From positions 1-64,000 of the IMG/VR virus record IMGVR_UViG_3300045391_004889: a stretch of 64,000 bases of DNA; one strand, given 5' to 3'. Shown here one piece after another: positions 24,275 through 32,948 of this stretch. The position numbers and the translations under genes were made by a program. The notes under the pieces were generated by a model, which worked only from the letters and a program-made list of their open reading frames with translations, was not told the origin of the DNA and did no database searches. Position 1 is the first letter of the stretch. Each line of letters opens with the position of its first letter. Origin of the DNA: a virus.

Positions 24275-24723
24275 ACGGACAGGAAACGGTGATCTTCGAC
24301 TGGCAGGGCACGTTGGTTGACGTGCGTGGCATTCGCCACCTGGTCGAGAACACCGACAAGAAGAACTTCCCGGAGTTTCACCGGCAGACGGGTCTGTGCC
24401 CGCCGATCGAGGACACCGTGGAGGCGGCGAAGCGAGCCGCGTTCGACGACAAGTTCATCGTCATCATGACCGGCTGCAGCGACGACTTCCAGGGCGTGCT
24501 GGCCAACTGGCTGGGCGAGCACGGCGTACCGTTCAACATGATCATGATGCGGAAGGCCGGCGACTGGCGCAGGGACGTCGTCATCAAGCGTGAGATGCTG
24601 GAATGGCTGCGTGAGCACGGCCACGACGTGGTTCACGCTCACGACGACAACCCGAACATCGTGGCACTGTGGAACGAGGAGAACATCCCCGTCACCGTGG
24701 TTCCGGGTTGGGGCGCGTCGTGA
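24271..24723 (+). CDS. Polynucleotide 3'-phosphatase-like HAD domain (Pnkp/PseT C-terminal type)
   Basis: VIFDWQGTLVD, IVIMTG, MMRKAGDWRRDVVIK, HDDNP. Confidence 0.8.
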   Translation: MNGQETVIFDWQGTLVDVRGIRHLVENTDKKNFPEFHRQTGLCPPIEDTVEAAKRAAFDDKFIVIMTGCSDDFQGVLANWLGEHGVPFNMIMMRKAGDWRRDVVIKREMLEWLREHGHDVVHAHDDNPNIVALWNEENIPVTVVPGWGAS

Positions 24724-24962
24724 CCGTCCTCATCATCACCGGTCTGATGCTCGCGGTGGTCGTGGTCGCGATCGTGCGCTACGGACTGGGCAAGACCAGC
24801 GACTACGAGATCAACCTCCACTGTGGCCTGATCTGGCTCGGCATCGGCGGCCAAACGGCGTGCTGGCACCAGCAGCGCTGGGTGGCGATCCTCGACGCCG
24901 TCGTCGCGGGTCTCTATCTGTGGACGTGGTGGCGCAAGCGAGAGAGCTCCAAGGCGTAGGTG

Positions 24963-24991
24963 TTTACAAGCGCCTGAAGAGCTGATATGAT
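24963..24991 (+). promoter_or_regulatory. Promoter (TTTACA-N17-TATGAT)
   Basis: Recurrent promoter family. Confidence 0.7.
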
Positions 24992-25042
24992 GCACTCAGC
25001 GCCTTGAGGGGCGCTGAGTGCATGATCAGGAAGGAAGGGAAG

Positions 25043-25435
25043 ATGGGTCAAGAGTTGACCCGTGCCCAGGCAGACGAACGCGCGGAGCGCGGGGCGGAAC
25101 GCCTGGACCGTGCGGACCCCAACTGGGCGATCGGGATCTCGGTTACGGACGTGGTCATGGAGTACATGGACCGCTGCGTGCTCGGGAAGGTGTACGGTCA
25201 CTACCGAATCGGCATCCTCAGGCTGGGGCTGCCCGACCAGGGTGACCTCGAGGACGACGGTCTGAGCCTCGAGCACCCGCTCGTGACCCACGGGTTCGAC
25301 CTGAGCGTCGTGGAGACCTACGACGAGAACGGGTTCGACACCAGCCAGTACCGCGTCCTCACGGACGCGTGGAGGCAGCAGATCCACCTGCGGCAGGTCC
25401 GCGGGGTGGTTCCGATCACGGCAGCCGTCGCATGA
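25043..25435 (+). CDS. Hypothetical protein
   Basis: ATG after SD GGAAGGG; RGAERLD...CVLGKVYGHY. Confidence 0.7.
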   Translation: MGQELTRAQADERAERGAERLDRADPNWAIGISVTDVVMEYMDRCVLGKVYGHYRIGILRLGLPDQGDLEDDGLSLEHPLVTHGFDLSVVETYDENGFDTSQYRVLTDAWRQQIHLRQVRGVVPITAAVA

Positions 25436-25535
25436 GCTGGATGTGCGGCAGCTGCCGGAAGGTCAACTTTAGCAAGTCGCCACCCTGCTCCTTCTGCGGG
25501 GGCGGCTACCACTTCACCTCACAGGAAGGGTCACC

Positions 25536-25772
25536 ATGCCCAGCAACACCGTCGAGACCACGATCGTCCGCGTCGAGACCCACATCACCTTCGAGCAGTG
25601 GGGCGCCTCGCACGAGGAGCTCCAGAAGGCGCTGGACGCCTCCCGCGACCGCTACTCCGAGCTGACCACCGGCGTCAAGGGCGGCCCGGTGCCGAACGGC
25701 GCCATCCGCGTCGCTCCCGGCAACGGCGAGGTCGTCGTGGTCTTCACCGTGGAGAACCCGAAGGGCAAGTAG
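25536..25772 (+). CDS. Hypothetical protein
   Basis: SD AGGAAGG; biased codons. Confidence 0.7.
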   Translation: MPSNTVETTIVRVETHITFEQWGASHEELQKALDASRDRYSELTTGVKGGPVPNGAIRVAPGNGEVVVVFTVENPKGK

Positions 25773-25911
25773 TCCCGTTTCACCACGCATGGTGTCCGAG
25801 TTCACCTCGAGATGCTATGATGGCCAATGAAGGTGGTGCTGGGGTGCCGCTCACCAGGTGAGTGGTATGTCAGCACCACCTCGTCATTGGAACGAGACAC
25901 GAGGAAGCACC

Positions 25912-26286
25912 ATGGACGCAGCCGCTCGTAGTGAGCTGGACGCCAAGATCCGTCAGCGTGGCCAGACCCTGGCCCGCCTCCTGCTGAAGCGCCTCACCTT
26001 CGAGGTCCAGCATCACTTCCCCGACGCTCGCACCGTTCGGCTCACCAAGGCGGACAGCGGCGTCTACGAGGTCAGCCGGGTCACCGGCCACCACAACAAG
26101 GTCCTGTGGCAGGACAAGTCCAGCGACCGTCTGGTCATCCGTGTCGGTGAGGACTCCGGCACCAAGATCGCGGACGACGCGGCGCAGTACGCTCGCCTGG
26201 CTGGCGCGCGTCTGCACCTGGTGCAGGGTCGCAAGGCGAACCCCAACCCGGAGTACTCGGTGCACCTGCACCGGAACGCCGCCTGA
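25912..26286 (+). CDS. Hypothetical protein
   Basis: ATG after GAGGAAG. Confidence 0.65.
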   Translation: MDAAARSELDAKIRQRGQTLARLLLKRLTFEVQHHFPDARTVRLTKADSGVYEVSRVTGHHNKVLWQDKSSDRLVIRVGEDSGTKIADDAAQYARLAGARLHLVQGRKANPNPEYSVHLHRNAA

Positions 26287-26344
26287 GTCACCCGCCAAGG
26301 CGCCGGGGCAACCCGGCGCCTGGCACGGAAGAGAGAAGGAAGAG

Positions 26345-26764
26345 ATGACCGACCCGGAGATGATGGTCAACCTGGGCGACCTGATCGCCCCGATGAAGGA
26401 CTGCTCGTGGTTGCTCATCAACCCGGTGGGCCACGTGCAGGGTGTGCTCAGCGGGGACTGTGCGGTCACCGGTGACGAGGCGTTTCGTCACTTCGAGAGT
26501 GACGCGCGTGACCGTCGTCGGCAGCGAGAGTGGGGCTTCAGGATGGAGCTCATCCCGCTCACCGAGTTCGAGACGCGAGCGCGACAGTGCATGCTCGGGA
26601 AGTGTGATCACCCTGAACCGCCCGGACTGAAGACGTGCAAGTTGTGCGGCCGCGTCGGCAAGGCGGACTTCCAGACGCACGTGATCGACGGCAAGCCAAT
26701 GGTGCGGTGCCGAGCTGACGTGATGTGCAGGCGTCGTCGGCTGATTCGGTACGGTCGCGGGTGA
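26345..26764 (+). CDS. Hypothetical protein with C-terminal Cys cluster
   Basis: Purine-rich SD; CKLCG...C...C. Confidence 0.65.
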   Translation: MTDPEMMVNLGDLIAPMKDCSWLLINPVGHVQGVLSGDCAVTGDEAFRHFESDARDRRRQREWGFRMELIPLTEFETRARQCMLGKCDHPEPPGLKTCKLCGRVGKADFQTHVIDGKPMVRCRADVMCRRRRLIRYGRG

Positions 26765-27066
26765 ACACCACGTTGGCGGTGATCCTCGTCGTGTTGTGGG
26801 GATTCGGCGTGGTGTTCTTTACCATGTGCTTCAACCTCATCGTCGAGGAGAGTGACATGTTGCGCATGTCGCTGATGATGCAGCCGTGGGGACTCGTGCT
26901 GGCTTCCCTGTACTGTGTCGCGTGGCCGGGTGTGATTCTCGCCTCGTTGCTCGTCGCAACTGTGAACCAGGTACGTGGCTGGAAAAAGAGGCGATGAGCT
27001 TGAGGACAAAAGCCTGAACAGCTGGTAATATCAGGCTTAGAACAAGGAAGAGAGGAGGAACCAGGA

Positions 27067-27426
27067 ATGAAGGAACTCGTCAGGATCAAGATGGCGAAGG
27101 TGGTCTTCTGCCTCGCCAGCTGGTTGACGCTGATCAAGACGTATCAGCGCACCTACGAGTGGATGGGTGTTCCGAGCACCGACGATGACGACAACGTCAT
27201 CTGGGAGAACAAGGAGTTCGAGTACAACGGGCGTGTGTGGCTTCCGTGCCACCTGTCCATCGTGTTGCTCGAACGAGCGGAGCGCATCGACCCCGTTCAC
27301 TTCGACCATTGGGCCCTGAAGCACATTCCGGGCGACGTCTGCGCGGGTGGTCCGTGCCAGACGTGCGGTGGTCACGTTCACCCTCAGATCCCCGTCGACC
27401 TCAATGGAGAGGTGGCCACGTCATGA
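27067..27426 (+). CDS. Hypothetical protein
   Basis: Promoter AGGACA-N17-TAATAT (27003-27031) and SD upstream. Confidence 0.7.
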   Translation: MKELVRIKMAKVVFCLASWLTLIKTYQRTYEWMGVPSTDDDDNVIWENKEFEYNGRVWLPCHLSIVLLERAERIDPVHFDHWALKHIPGDVCAGGPCQTCGGHVHPQIPVDLNGEVATS

Positions 27427-27722
27427 CCCGCGAGGAAGAAGCCTACGTCACGTTGCTCAACACGCTCGGCTCGGACATCGAGCCGCCGGAGATCCAGGAG
27501 ATGGTGGACGGCCTGCACGCCAAGGCTGACCCGGAGTTCGCCGCCAAGATGGCGCTCCGCGCGGCGGTGGATCAGGCCAAGAGCCTGAAGTGGGTCACCA
27601 CGTTCAACCAGGGGTGCCACTACTTCGGCTCCGAGGACGAGCGTACCCTGTACGACATGGGAGCCAAGGCGTGGAACACGCTGCAGGCTCTGATCAAGGT
27701 TGCGGAGAACGCGTCCAAGTGA
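27423..27722 (+). CDS. Hypothetical protein
   Basis: ATGA overlap. Confidence 0.65.
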   Translation: MTREEEAYVTLLNTLGSDIEPPEIQEMVDGLHAKADPEFAAKMALRAAVDQAKSLKWVTTFNQGCHYFGSEDERTLYDMGAKAWNTLQALIKVAENASK

Positions 27723-28066
27723 GCCACCCCCTGATCCTCGCCACTCCCGGCATGCGCGACTTCGCGGAAGCCGTCGACTTGGAGTGTCAGCTCATCGTCA
27801 AGAAGTGGGGCGATCAGCACCACCCTCTCGGCACCGGCAGCGACCTCTCCAAGGAGATCGCTCAGTTCTCGAAGCTGCTGTGCCAGGAGATGGCGAGGAA
27901 GGGGAAAGTCACCTGGCGACACATCCTCACCGAGGAGTTCCGAGAGGCCATGGCGGCCGACAACCTGCGTGATCTCAACGAGGAGCTCATCCAGGTGGCC
28001 GCCGTGTGCTTCATGATCATCCGAGACCTGCCGAGGCACACGGTGGTGGATCATGCCGGCGATTAG
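27719..28066 (+). CDS. MazG-like nucleotide pyrophosphohydrolase
   Basis: KWGDQHH...W..IL.EEF.EA...EELIQVAAV. Confidence 0.75.
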   Translation: MSHPLILATPGMRDFAEAVDLECQLIVKKWGDQHHPLGTGSDLSKEIAQFSKLLCQEMARKGKVTWRHILTEEFREAMAADNLRDLNEELIQVAAVCFMIIRDLPRHTVVDHAGD

Positions 28067-28493
28067 CTACGGGAAGCGGCTGAGCCCGGCCGAGGTCAGG
28101 GTCCTCGAGATCTCGATGCTGGGGTACACCATCCCACGCATCGCCAAGCACCTCGGGCGAGCTGAGAACACCGTCAAGAGCCAGCTGCGAGACGCCATGC
28201 AGAAGCTCGGTGCGCCCAACCGGCTGGCGGCGGTGCTTATCGCTCTCGACGCCGGCTACATCACCCCGCGGCGAGTGAACGAGGCTCACCCGCCGCGGAT
28301 GCGATGGGTGATCGAGGTGCAGTCCACGAGTGGGATGTGGCGCACCGTGGACATCGACGGGTCACCGTTTCCGGTCAGGGATGTGGCCAAGCAGACGATG
28401 GACGATCTGAGGCTGAAGCGTCCCACCAAGACGTTCCGCGTCATCAGAGCGGTGACGTCGTTCACCGCGGAAGAGGAGGCGAACGGTGACTGA
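28053..28493 (+). CDS. LuxR-type HTH regulator
   Basis: LSPAEVRVL...IAKHLGRAENTVKSQL..AMQKLGAPNR. Confidence 0.85.
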   Translation: MPAISYGKRLSPAEVRVLEISMLGYTIPRIAKHLGRAENTVKSQLRDAMQKLGAPNRLAAVLIALDAGYITPRRVNEAHPPRMRWVIEVQSTSGMWRTVDIDGSPFPVRDVAKQTMDDLRLKRPTKTFRVIRAVTSFTAEEEANGD

Positions 28494-28767
28494 GGACGAG
28501 GACGATCGTCCATTCTGGATGATCTGGGACAACACCGTCTCACGCCGCACCTTCACCTGGGAGGACGGCGGGTGGGATCACTGGTGGCAGTGGCTTTGCT
28601 TGGCCGGCATCCGCGGTGGCGATGAGAACTGCAACCGCACCCTCGGCTTCCGATGGGGTAAGAAGGCGCACTTTGTGTGCTTGAACGTCCCGCTGCGGCA
28701 GAAGCCGTGCCGAGAGTGTCTGCCTGAGATCGGTCAGCAGAAGGCTTACCGACCCAACCTGGACTGA
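28486..28767 (+). CDS. Trp-rich hypothetical protein
   Basis: Coupled ORF. Confidence 0.55.
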   Translation: MTEDEDDRPFWMIWDNTVSRRTFTWEDGGWDHWWQWLCLAGIRGGDENCNRTLGFRWGKKAHFVCLNVPLRQKPCRECLPEIGQQKAYRPNLD

Positions 28768-28778
28768 AGAGAGAAGGA

Positions 28779-29492
28779 ATGATGGGCATCAGCCTGGAGA
28801 AGATGGAGCGAACCGCTCCCGACCTGGTGAACCTGTACAAGAAGGCCGCCGTCAGCCTCGAGAAGCACGGTCTGACCGGCACCAAGGCCGCCGTCTACCT
28901 GGTCCTGGACCACAGCGGCAGCATGCGTGAGCTGTACCGCAACGGCACCGTGCAGCACTTCACCGAGCAGGTCCTCGGCCTCTCCGCCCAGCTGGACGAC
29001 GACGGCGTCGTGCCGGTGGTGTTCTTCCACGACGGTGTCTACCCGGCGTACGACGTGACCATCGGTCAGCACCAGGGCGCGATCAACGCGCTGCGGCGCG
29101 ATCACCGTCTCGAGTTCGGCATGACCAGCTACGCGCCGGCCATGCAGACGGTCATCAACCACTACACCAAGTCCGGCGCCACCGACCCGGCGCTGGTCGT
29201 CTTCGAGACCGACGGCCGCTCGAACGACATGGCGCGTACCCACCAGCTGCTGCGGGACGCGGCCAAGCTGCCGCTCTTCTGGCAGTTCGTGGGCTTCGGC
29301 CGTCCGAGCTCCCCGGAGTTCGCGGCGCTTCGCACCCTGGACACCCTGGACGGCCGCGTCGTGGACAACGCCGGCTTCTTCGGCACGGGCGACAACCCGC
29401 GCGAGATGATCGACGAGGACGTGTACACCGGCCTGACCCAGGAGTTCGGCACCTGGATCCAGGCGGCTCGGGCGGCCGGCGTCCTGCGCTGA
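28779..29492 (+). CDS. vWA domain protein (Ter stress-response-associated type)
   Basis: AAVYLVLDHSGSM, TSYAPAM, VVFETDG, LPLFWQFVGFG, VVDNAGFF. Confidence 0.85.
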   Translation: MMGISLEKMERTAPDLVNLYKKAAVSLEKHGLTGTKAAVYLVLDHSGSMRELYRNGTVQHFTEQVLGLSAQLDDDGVVPVVFFHDGVYPAYDVTIGQHQGAINALRRDHRLEFGMTSYAPAMQTVINHYTKSGATDPALVVFETDGRSNDMARTHQLLRDAAKLPLFWQFVGFGRPSSPEFAALRTLDTLDGRVVDNAGFFGTGDNPREMIDEDVYTGLTQEFGTWIQAARAAGVLR

Positions 29493-29503
29493 GCATGCCA
29501 CCT

Positions 29504-29540
29504 CAGCGAGGACCGGGCGCGTGATGCCCGGTCCTCGCTG
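29504..29540 (+). terminator. Hairpin after the vWA gene
   Basis: CAGCGAGGACCGGGC...GCCCGGTCCTCGCTG. Confidence 0.6.
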
Positions 29541-29602
29541 CTGCGTCGTCAGTATGTCGCGTAATGATGGGCATCTACCACTGACTGTAATACGATGGCA
29601 CC

Positions 29603-30241
29603 ATGGCGCATGATGACCGTAACGAGCTCCGAGAGAAGCTCGCCTCGACCATCAAACTAACCTGGACCCTCAACCTGAAGCTTGAAGCTGTGGTGGCTGA
29701 CAAGCCGCGCGGCGTGCGACCTGAGATCACCTCAGTGGCCATTGAGGCGCCGCTCGCGTGGAACAACCAGGCCGCCTACCTGATCCTGGAGCTTCACGCG
29801 GAGGCTCGTCGGCACGAGACGCGGTTGCTGACCTACGTCACCGAGGGAGAGCGAGTTCGGGGTGACTCGGACACCAACACACACCTCGCGATCGATCACC
29901 TGATCGGGCTCGTGGAGGTGGCCACGGATGACGTGGTGCTGGAGCTGCTTCGTTGGTTTGACAGCTGGTGCACCCGAGCCAAGCTCGCGCTCGGCTTGCT
30001 GGACCCCATCGTCCCTCTCACTCAACCGGATGCCACCCCGATGCGATGTCCCTGGTGCACCTACCTGACGCTGCGCGTCAAGACGGCCACGGCCACCGCG
30101 TGCTGCATCAACCCCGGCTGCCGGTACTCACGAGAGGACACTCGTCGCCCGCAGGGTAGGGTGGAAACCGACCCCGTCACCGGCGTCATCTCAATCTACT
30201 GGCACGGGGAGCTTCCCGTGGAGACGCTGGAGGCGGCGTGA
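29603..30241 (+). CDS. Hypothetical protein with C-terminal Zn finger (possible late-gene regulator)
   Basis: CPWC...LRV...C.NP.C; lies upstream of the packaging genes. Confidence 0.65.
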   Translation: MAHDDRNELREKLASTIKLTWTLNLKLEAVVADKPRGVRPEITSVAIEAPLAWNNQAAYLILELHAEARRHETRLLTYVTEGERVRGDSDTNTHLAIDHLIGLVEVATDDVVLELLRWFDSWCTRAKLALGLLDPIVPLTQPDATPMRCPWCTYLTLRVKTATATACCINPGCRYSREDTRRPQGRVETDPVTGVISIYWHGELPVETLEAA

Positions 30242-30453
30242 AGACTGTCTACGCGGTGTTGTGGATCGCCTGGCTCGTGTCCTTCCTGGCCATCGAGCTG
30301 AGCGCGTTGTGGAGCGGTCACCCTGAGTGGACGCTGTCGGAGTTCACGTGGCGAGCTGAACGACTCGGTCAGGCGTGGACCTTCCTGCGCTACTTCCTGG
30401 CCGTCTTCCTCTTTTGGCTGGCCGGTCACATCGTCTTTGGATGGTGGCGATGA
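30238..30453 (+). CDS. Small two-TM membrane protein
   Basis: Two hydrophobic helices. Confidence 0.65.
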   Translation: MKTVYAVLWIAWLVSFLAIELSALWSGHPEWTLSEFTWRAERLGQAWTFLRYFLAVFLFWLAGHIVFGWWR

Positions 30454-30707
30454 CCCGCGGCTGGTCATCTGACGGACTCAAGACCGTCGGTGATGACGAC
30501 ACGCTTTGGACCGTGGCAGACGCCGCCAGCCTGCTCGGTCCGCCACAGCTGACCCCCGTCCAGGTCCGACAGCTGATCAAGATGGTTGACCTGGAACCCA
30601 TCGGCAAGCGTCGAGTGACCCCGGTGGGCCGGCCAGGTAGGCACGCTAGGGTCTACCCGGCTGAAGCCCTCATCAAGGCATATGACGCCCTCTCAAGGGC
30701 GTCGTGA
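30450..30707 (+). CDS. Small HTH-like DNA-binding protein
   Basis: LWTVADAASLL...QVRQLI...GRPGRHARVY. Confidence 0.6.
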   Translation: MTRGWSSDGLKTVGDDDTLWTVADAASLLGPPQLTPVQVRQLIKMVDLEPIGKRRVTPVGRPGRHARVYPAEALIKAYDALSRAS

Positions 30708-30724
30708 GAGCAAGGAGAACTGAC

Positions 30725-31084
30725 ATGTCCTCATTCGGAGAGAAGTTGCACGGGCTGCTGGCCAAGCTCAAGGGTGGCGAGGAGCTGGCGCAGCACGAGG
30801 TGGAGACGCTCGTCCAGGAGTTCCTGGATCACGTCAAGCCGGAGTTCGCCACCTTCCGCGAGGAGGTCGTGGCTGAGCTCACCAACGTCGTGACGGAACT
30901 CAAGGCCGAGGTCGCCAACGCGCTGGCGTTGCTCAAGGGCGGCCTCGCGTCGGCGGATGCGCCTCAGGGTGACTCGGGTGACGTCACCCCGAGCGACCCT
31001 CAGCCGGCTCCTGAGCCCACCGTTCCGCCGGTCCCGGTTACCCCGCCCGTCACCGACCCCGCTCCCGCTCAGCCTGCTGAGTGA
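30725..31084 (+). CDS. Hypothetical protein (helical N-terminus, Pro-rich tail)
   Basis: SD AAGGAG. Confidence 0.7.
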   Translation: MSSFGEKLHGLLAKLKGGEELAQHEVETLVQEFLDHVKPEFATFREEVVAELTNVVTELKAEVANALALLKGGLASADAPQGDSGDVTPSDPQPAPEPTVPPVPVTPPVTDPAPAQPAE

Positions 31085-31090
31085 CCGCAA

Positions 31091-31124
31091 AGAGCCCCGG
31101 GAGACTCAGTCTCCCGGGGCTCTC
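31091..31124. terminator. Bidirectional terminator between convergent genes
   Basis: AGAGCCCCGGGAGAC-tca-GTCTCCCGGGGCTCT. Confidence 0.75.
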
Positions 31125-31135
31125 TGCTGCGTTGA

Positions 31136-31534
31136 TCAGCCGAGGTACATCTCCAGGGCGCCGGCGGCCGGGTAGAAGTCGTTGAACTTGAGGTTCTCCT
31201 CGGGGAACTCACGGAAGCTCTTCACCCAGGCCTCGAAGTCGATCGGCGCGTAGTGGCCATCCGTCATCGAGATGCCGTAGGCGACGTAGCCGCCGTACGC
31301 GGCCCGCTCGAAGGCGGCCGGCGAGAACTGTACACCGTGCTCGTGGCGGGTGCCGTCCTCGTCGAGGAAGACGACCGGCAGGGGCTGGATGGCGGCCTGA
31401 TACTGGATGGCGACGACGTTGTAGCCTTCATCGAAGGGCGACCAGTTGATCGGGTGAATGTCGAAGCGGCCGGCCACCCGGACCTGGAACTCGTTGTTGG
31501 TGTTCTCGACGACCTTGTACGCGGCGACAGACAT
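31136..31534 (-). CDS. Hypothetical protein with its own promoter
   Basis: Promoter TGGACA-N17-TACAGT (31575-31603) and purine-rich leader. Confidence 0.75.
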   Translation of the reverse strand: MSVAAYKVVENTNNEFQVRVAGRFDIHPINWSPFDEGYNVVAIQYQAAIQPLPVVFLDEDGTRHEHGVQFSPAAFERAAYGGYVAYGISMTDGHYAPIDFEAWVKSFREFPEENLKFNDFYPAAGALEMYLG

Positions 31535-31666
31535 GATCTTCCTTCTCTCTTCTTGGTTCCTGCTTGCTGAGACTACTGTACCCCGGTGGTGATGGCTTGT
31601 CCACACCTGGCGGAGAAGTTTCTCAAACGAGTAGTGGCCGACCAACCGGCCGGCCACTCGTGTGTC

Positions 31667-31900
31667 TCAGAAGGCGCCGAAGGCAGCCGCCCGACGCTCG
31701 TCCTCTTCGACCTCCCAGCGGTACCGGTCGTTGGTCTCCAGGTGACGCTCGTAGGCCGCATCCGGGTCGAACTCGTCCGCGTCCAGTTCAGCCGCGCGGT
31801 CCCACTGCCAGTCGGCCAGTTCGGCCAGAGATGCGAAGGTGATGCCATCCAGTTCGGCGATGAAGAGCGGGTAGCGAGCCTTACGAGTGGCGGCGTTCAT
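31667..31900 (-). CDS. Small acidic protein with its own promoter
   Basis: Promoter TGGACA-N17-TAGGAT (31940-31968). Confidence 0.75.
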   Translation of the reverse strand: MNAATRKARYPLFIAELDGITFASLAELADWQWDRAAELDADEFDPDAAYERHLETNDRYRWEVEEDERRAAAFGAF

Positions 31901-31985
31901 GATCTTCCTTCTCTCTTCCTGTTCCTGACTGCTGAGACCATCCTACCTTGGCCGGGTGTGATTGTCCACACCCGGCCGCTACCTC

Positions 31986-32141
31986 TCAGTCGAGGTAGCC
32001 GGCGGTGCCGAGGCACCGAGCGTGACCGGAAACCGGTCCCTCCTCCGTCGGCACGGTGAACCAGTTGGTTCCCTCCAGGGGTCCGCCACAGTCCACGCAC
32101 TCGTCCGGAACCTGCTCGTTGTTCGCGGCCGTGACGTCCAT
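31986..32141 (-). CDS. Small Zn-binding protein with its own promoter
   Basis: CVDC...HARC; promoter TGGACA-N17-TAGATT (32179-32207). Confidence 0.65.
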   Translation of the reverse strand: MDVTAANNEQVPDECVDCGGPLEGTNWFTVPTEEGPVSGHARCLGTAGYLD

Positions 32142-32325
32142 GATCTTCTCCTTCGTTCCTGTTCCTGCTGATGAGACCAATCTACATCACGTCAGTGATG
32201 TTGTCCACAACTGCGCGAAAGTTTTTGCGTGCGATCTCACCCCCATGTGGCTAACATCACGAAAGCGGGATATATTCTGGCCAGGGGGATTGGTGTCAGC
32301 TGATCAAGGTTGAGGGCGGTGACTC

Positions 32326-32934
32326 ATGGCGGGACGTGGCTCCATCTACGACAACGAGGAGAGCCCTCGCTACAAGGATCAGGACGACGTCAACCGCGTG
32401 GAGGGCAAGGACGAGTACCTGCTCGCCCGACCCAGCCAGCAGTGGAACATCCGACGCAAGGGCAAGATGCGCGACGCGGAGTGTGCCCGGCTGAAGGCCA
32501 TCGGTTGGCCGCTCGACAAGATCGCTCGCTACATGTGCCTGGACGAGCCCGACCCGGAGAACGGACCGGTTCGCGTGGCCGCGGCGATCAAGCGAGCTCT
32601 CGGCGAGATGGCACGCTTCGCCAACGACGAGGCGCGGCTCATGGAGTCGAACAGCCTCGACGAGCTCGAGTGGGAGGCGTGGAAGACCCTCCAGGAGCGC
32701 CACGTGGTCATCAGCCAGGGACGCGTCGTTCGCGATGACGAGACCGGCGAGGTGATCCCGGATGACCGCTACATCCTGGAGACGGTCGACCGCATCCTGA
32801 AGATCAAGGAGCGTCGCGCCAAGCTCCTCGGCCTGGACGCGCCGATGCGTCGCGAGGTCATCACGATGGACTCCATCGACCAGGAGATCGCCAAGCTCGA
32901 GACCGAGCTCAAGGCCACCAAGCAGCAGAGCTGA
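32326..32934 (+). CDS. terS: Terminase small subunit (probable)
   Basis: HTH-like N-terminus, ERRAKLLGLDAP motif; directly upstream of TerL. Confidence 0.75.
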   Translation: MAGRGSIYDNEESPRYKDQDDVNRVEGKDEYLLARPSQQWNIRRKGKMRDAECARLKAIGWPLDKIARYMCLDEPDPENGPVRVAAAIKRALGEMARFANDEARLMESNSLDELEWEAWKTLQERHVVISQGRVVRDDETGEVIPDDRYILETVDRILKIKERRAKLLGLDAPMRREVITMDSIDQEIAKLETELKATKQQS

Positions 32935-32948
32935 AGTGAGGAGCCGCG

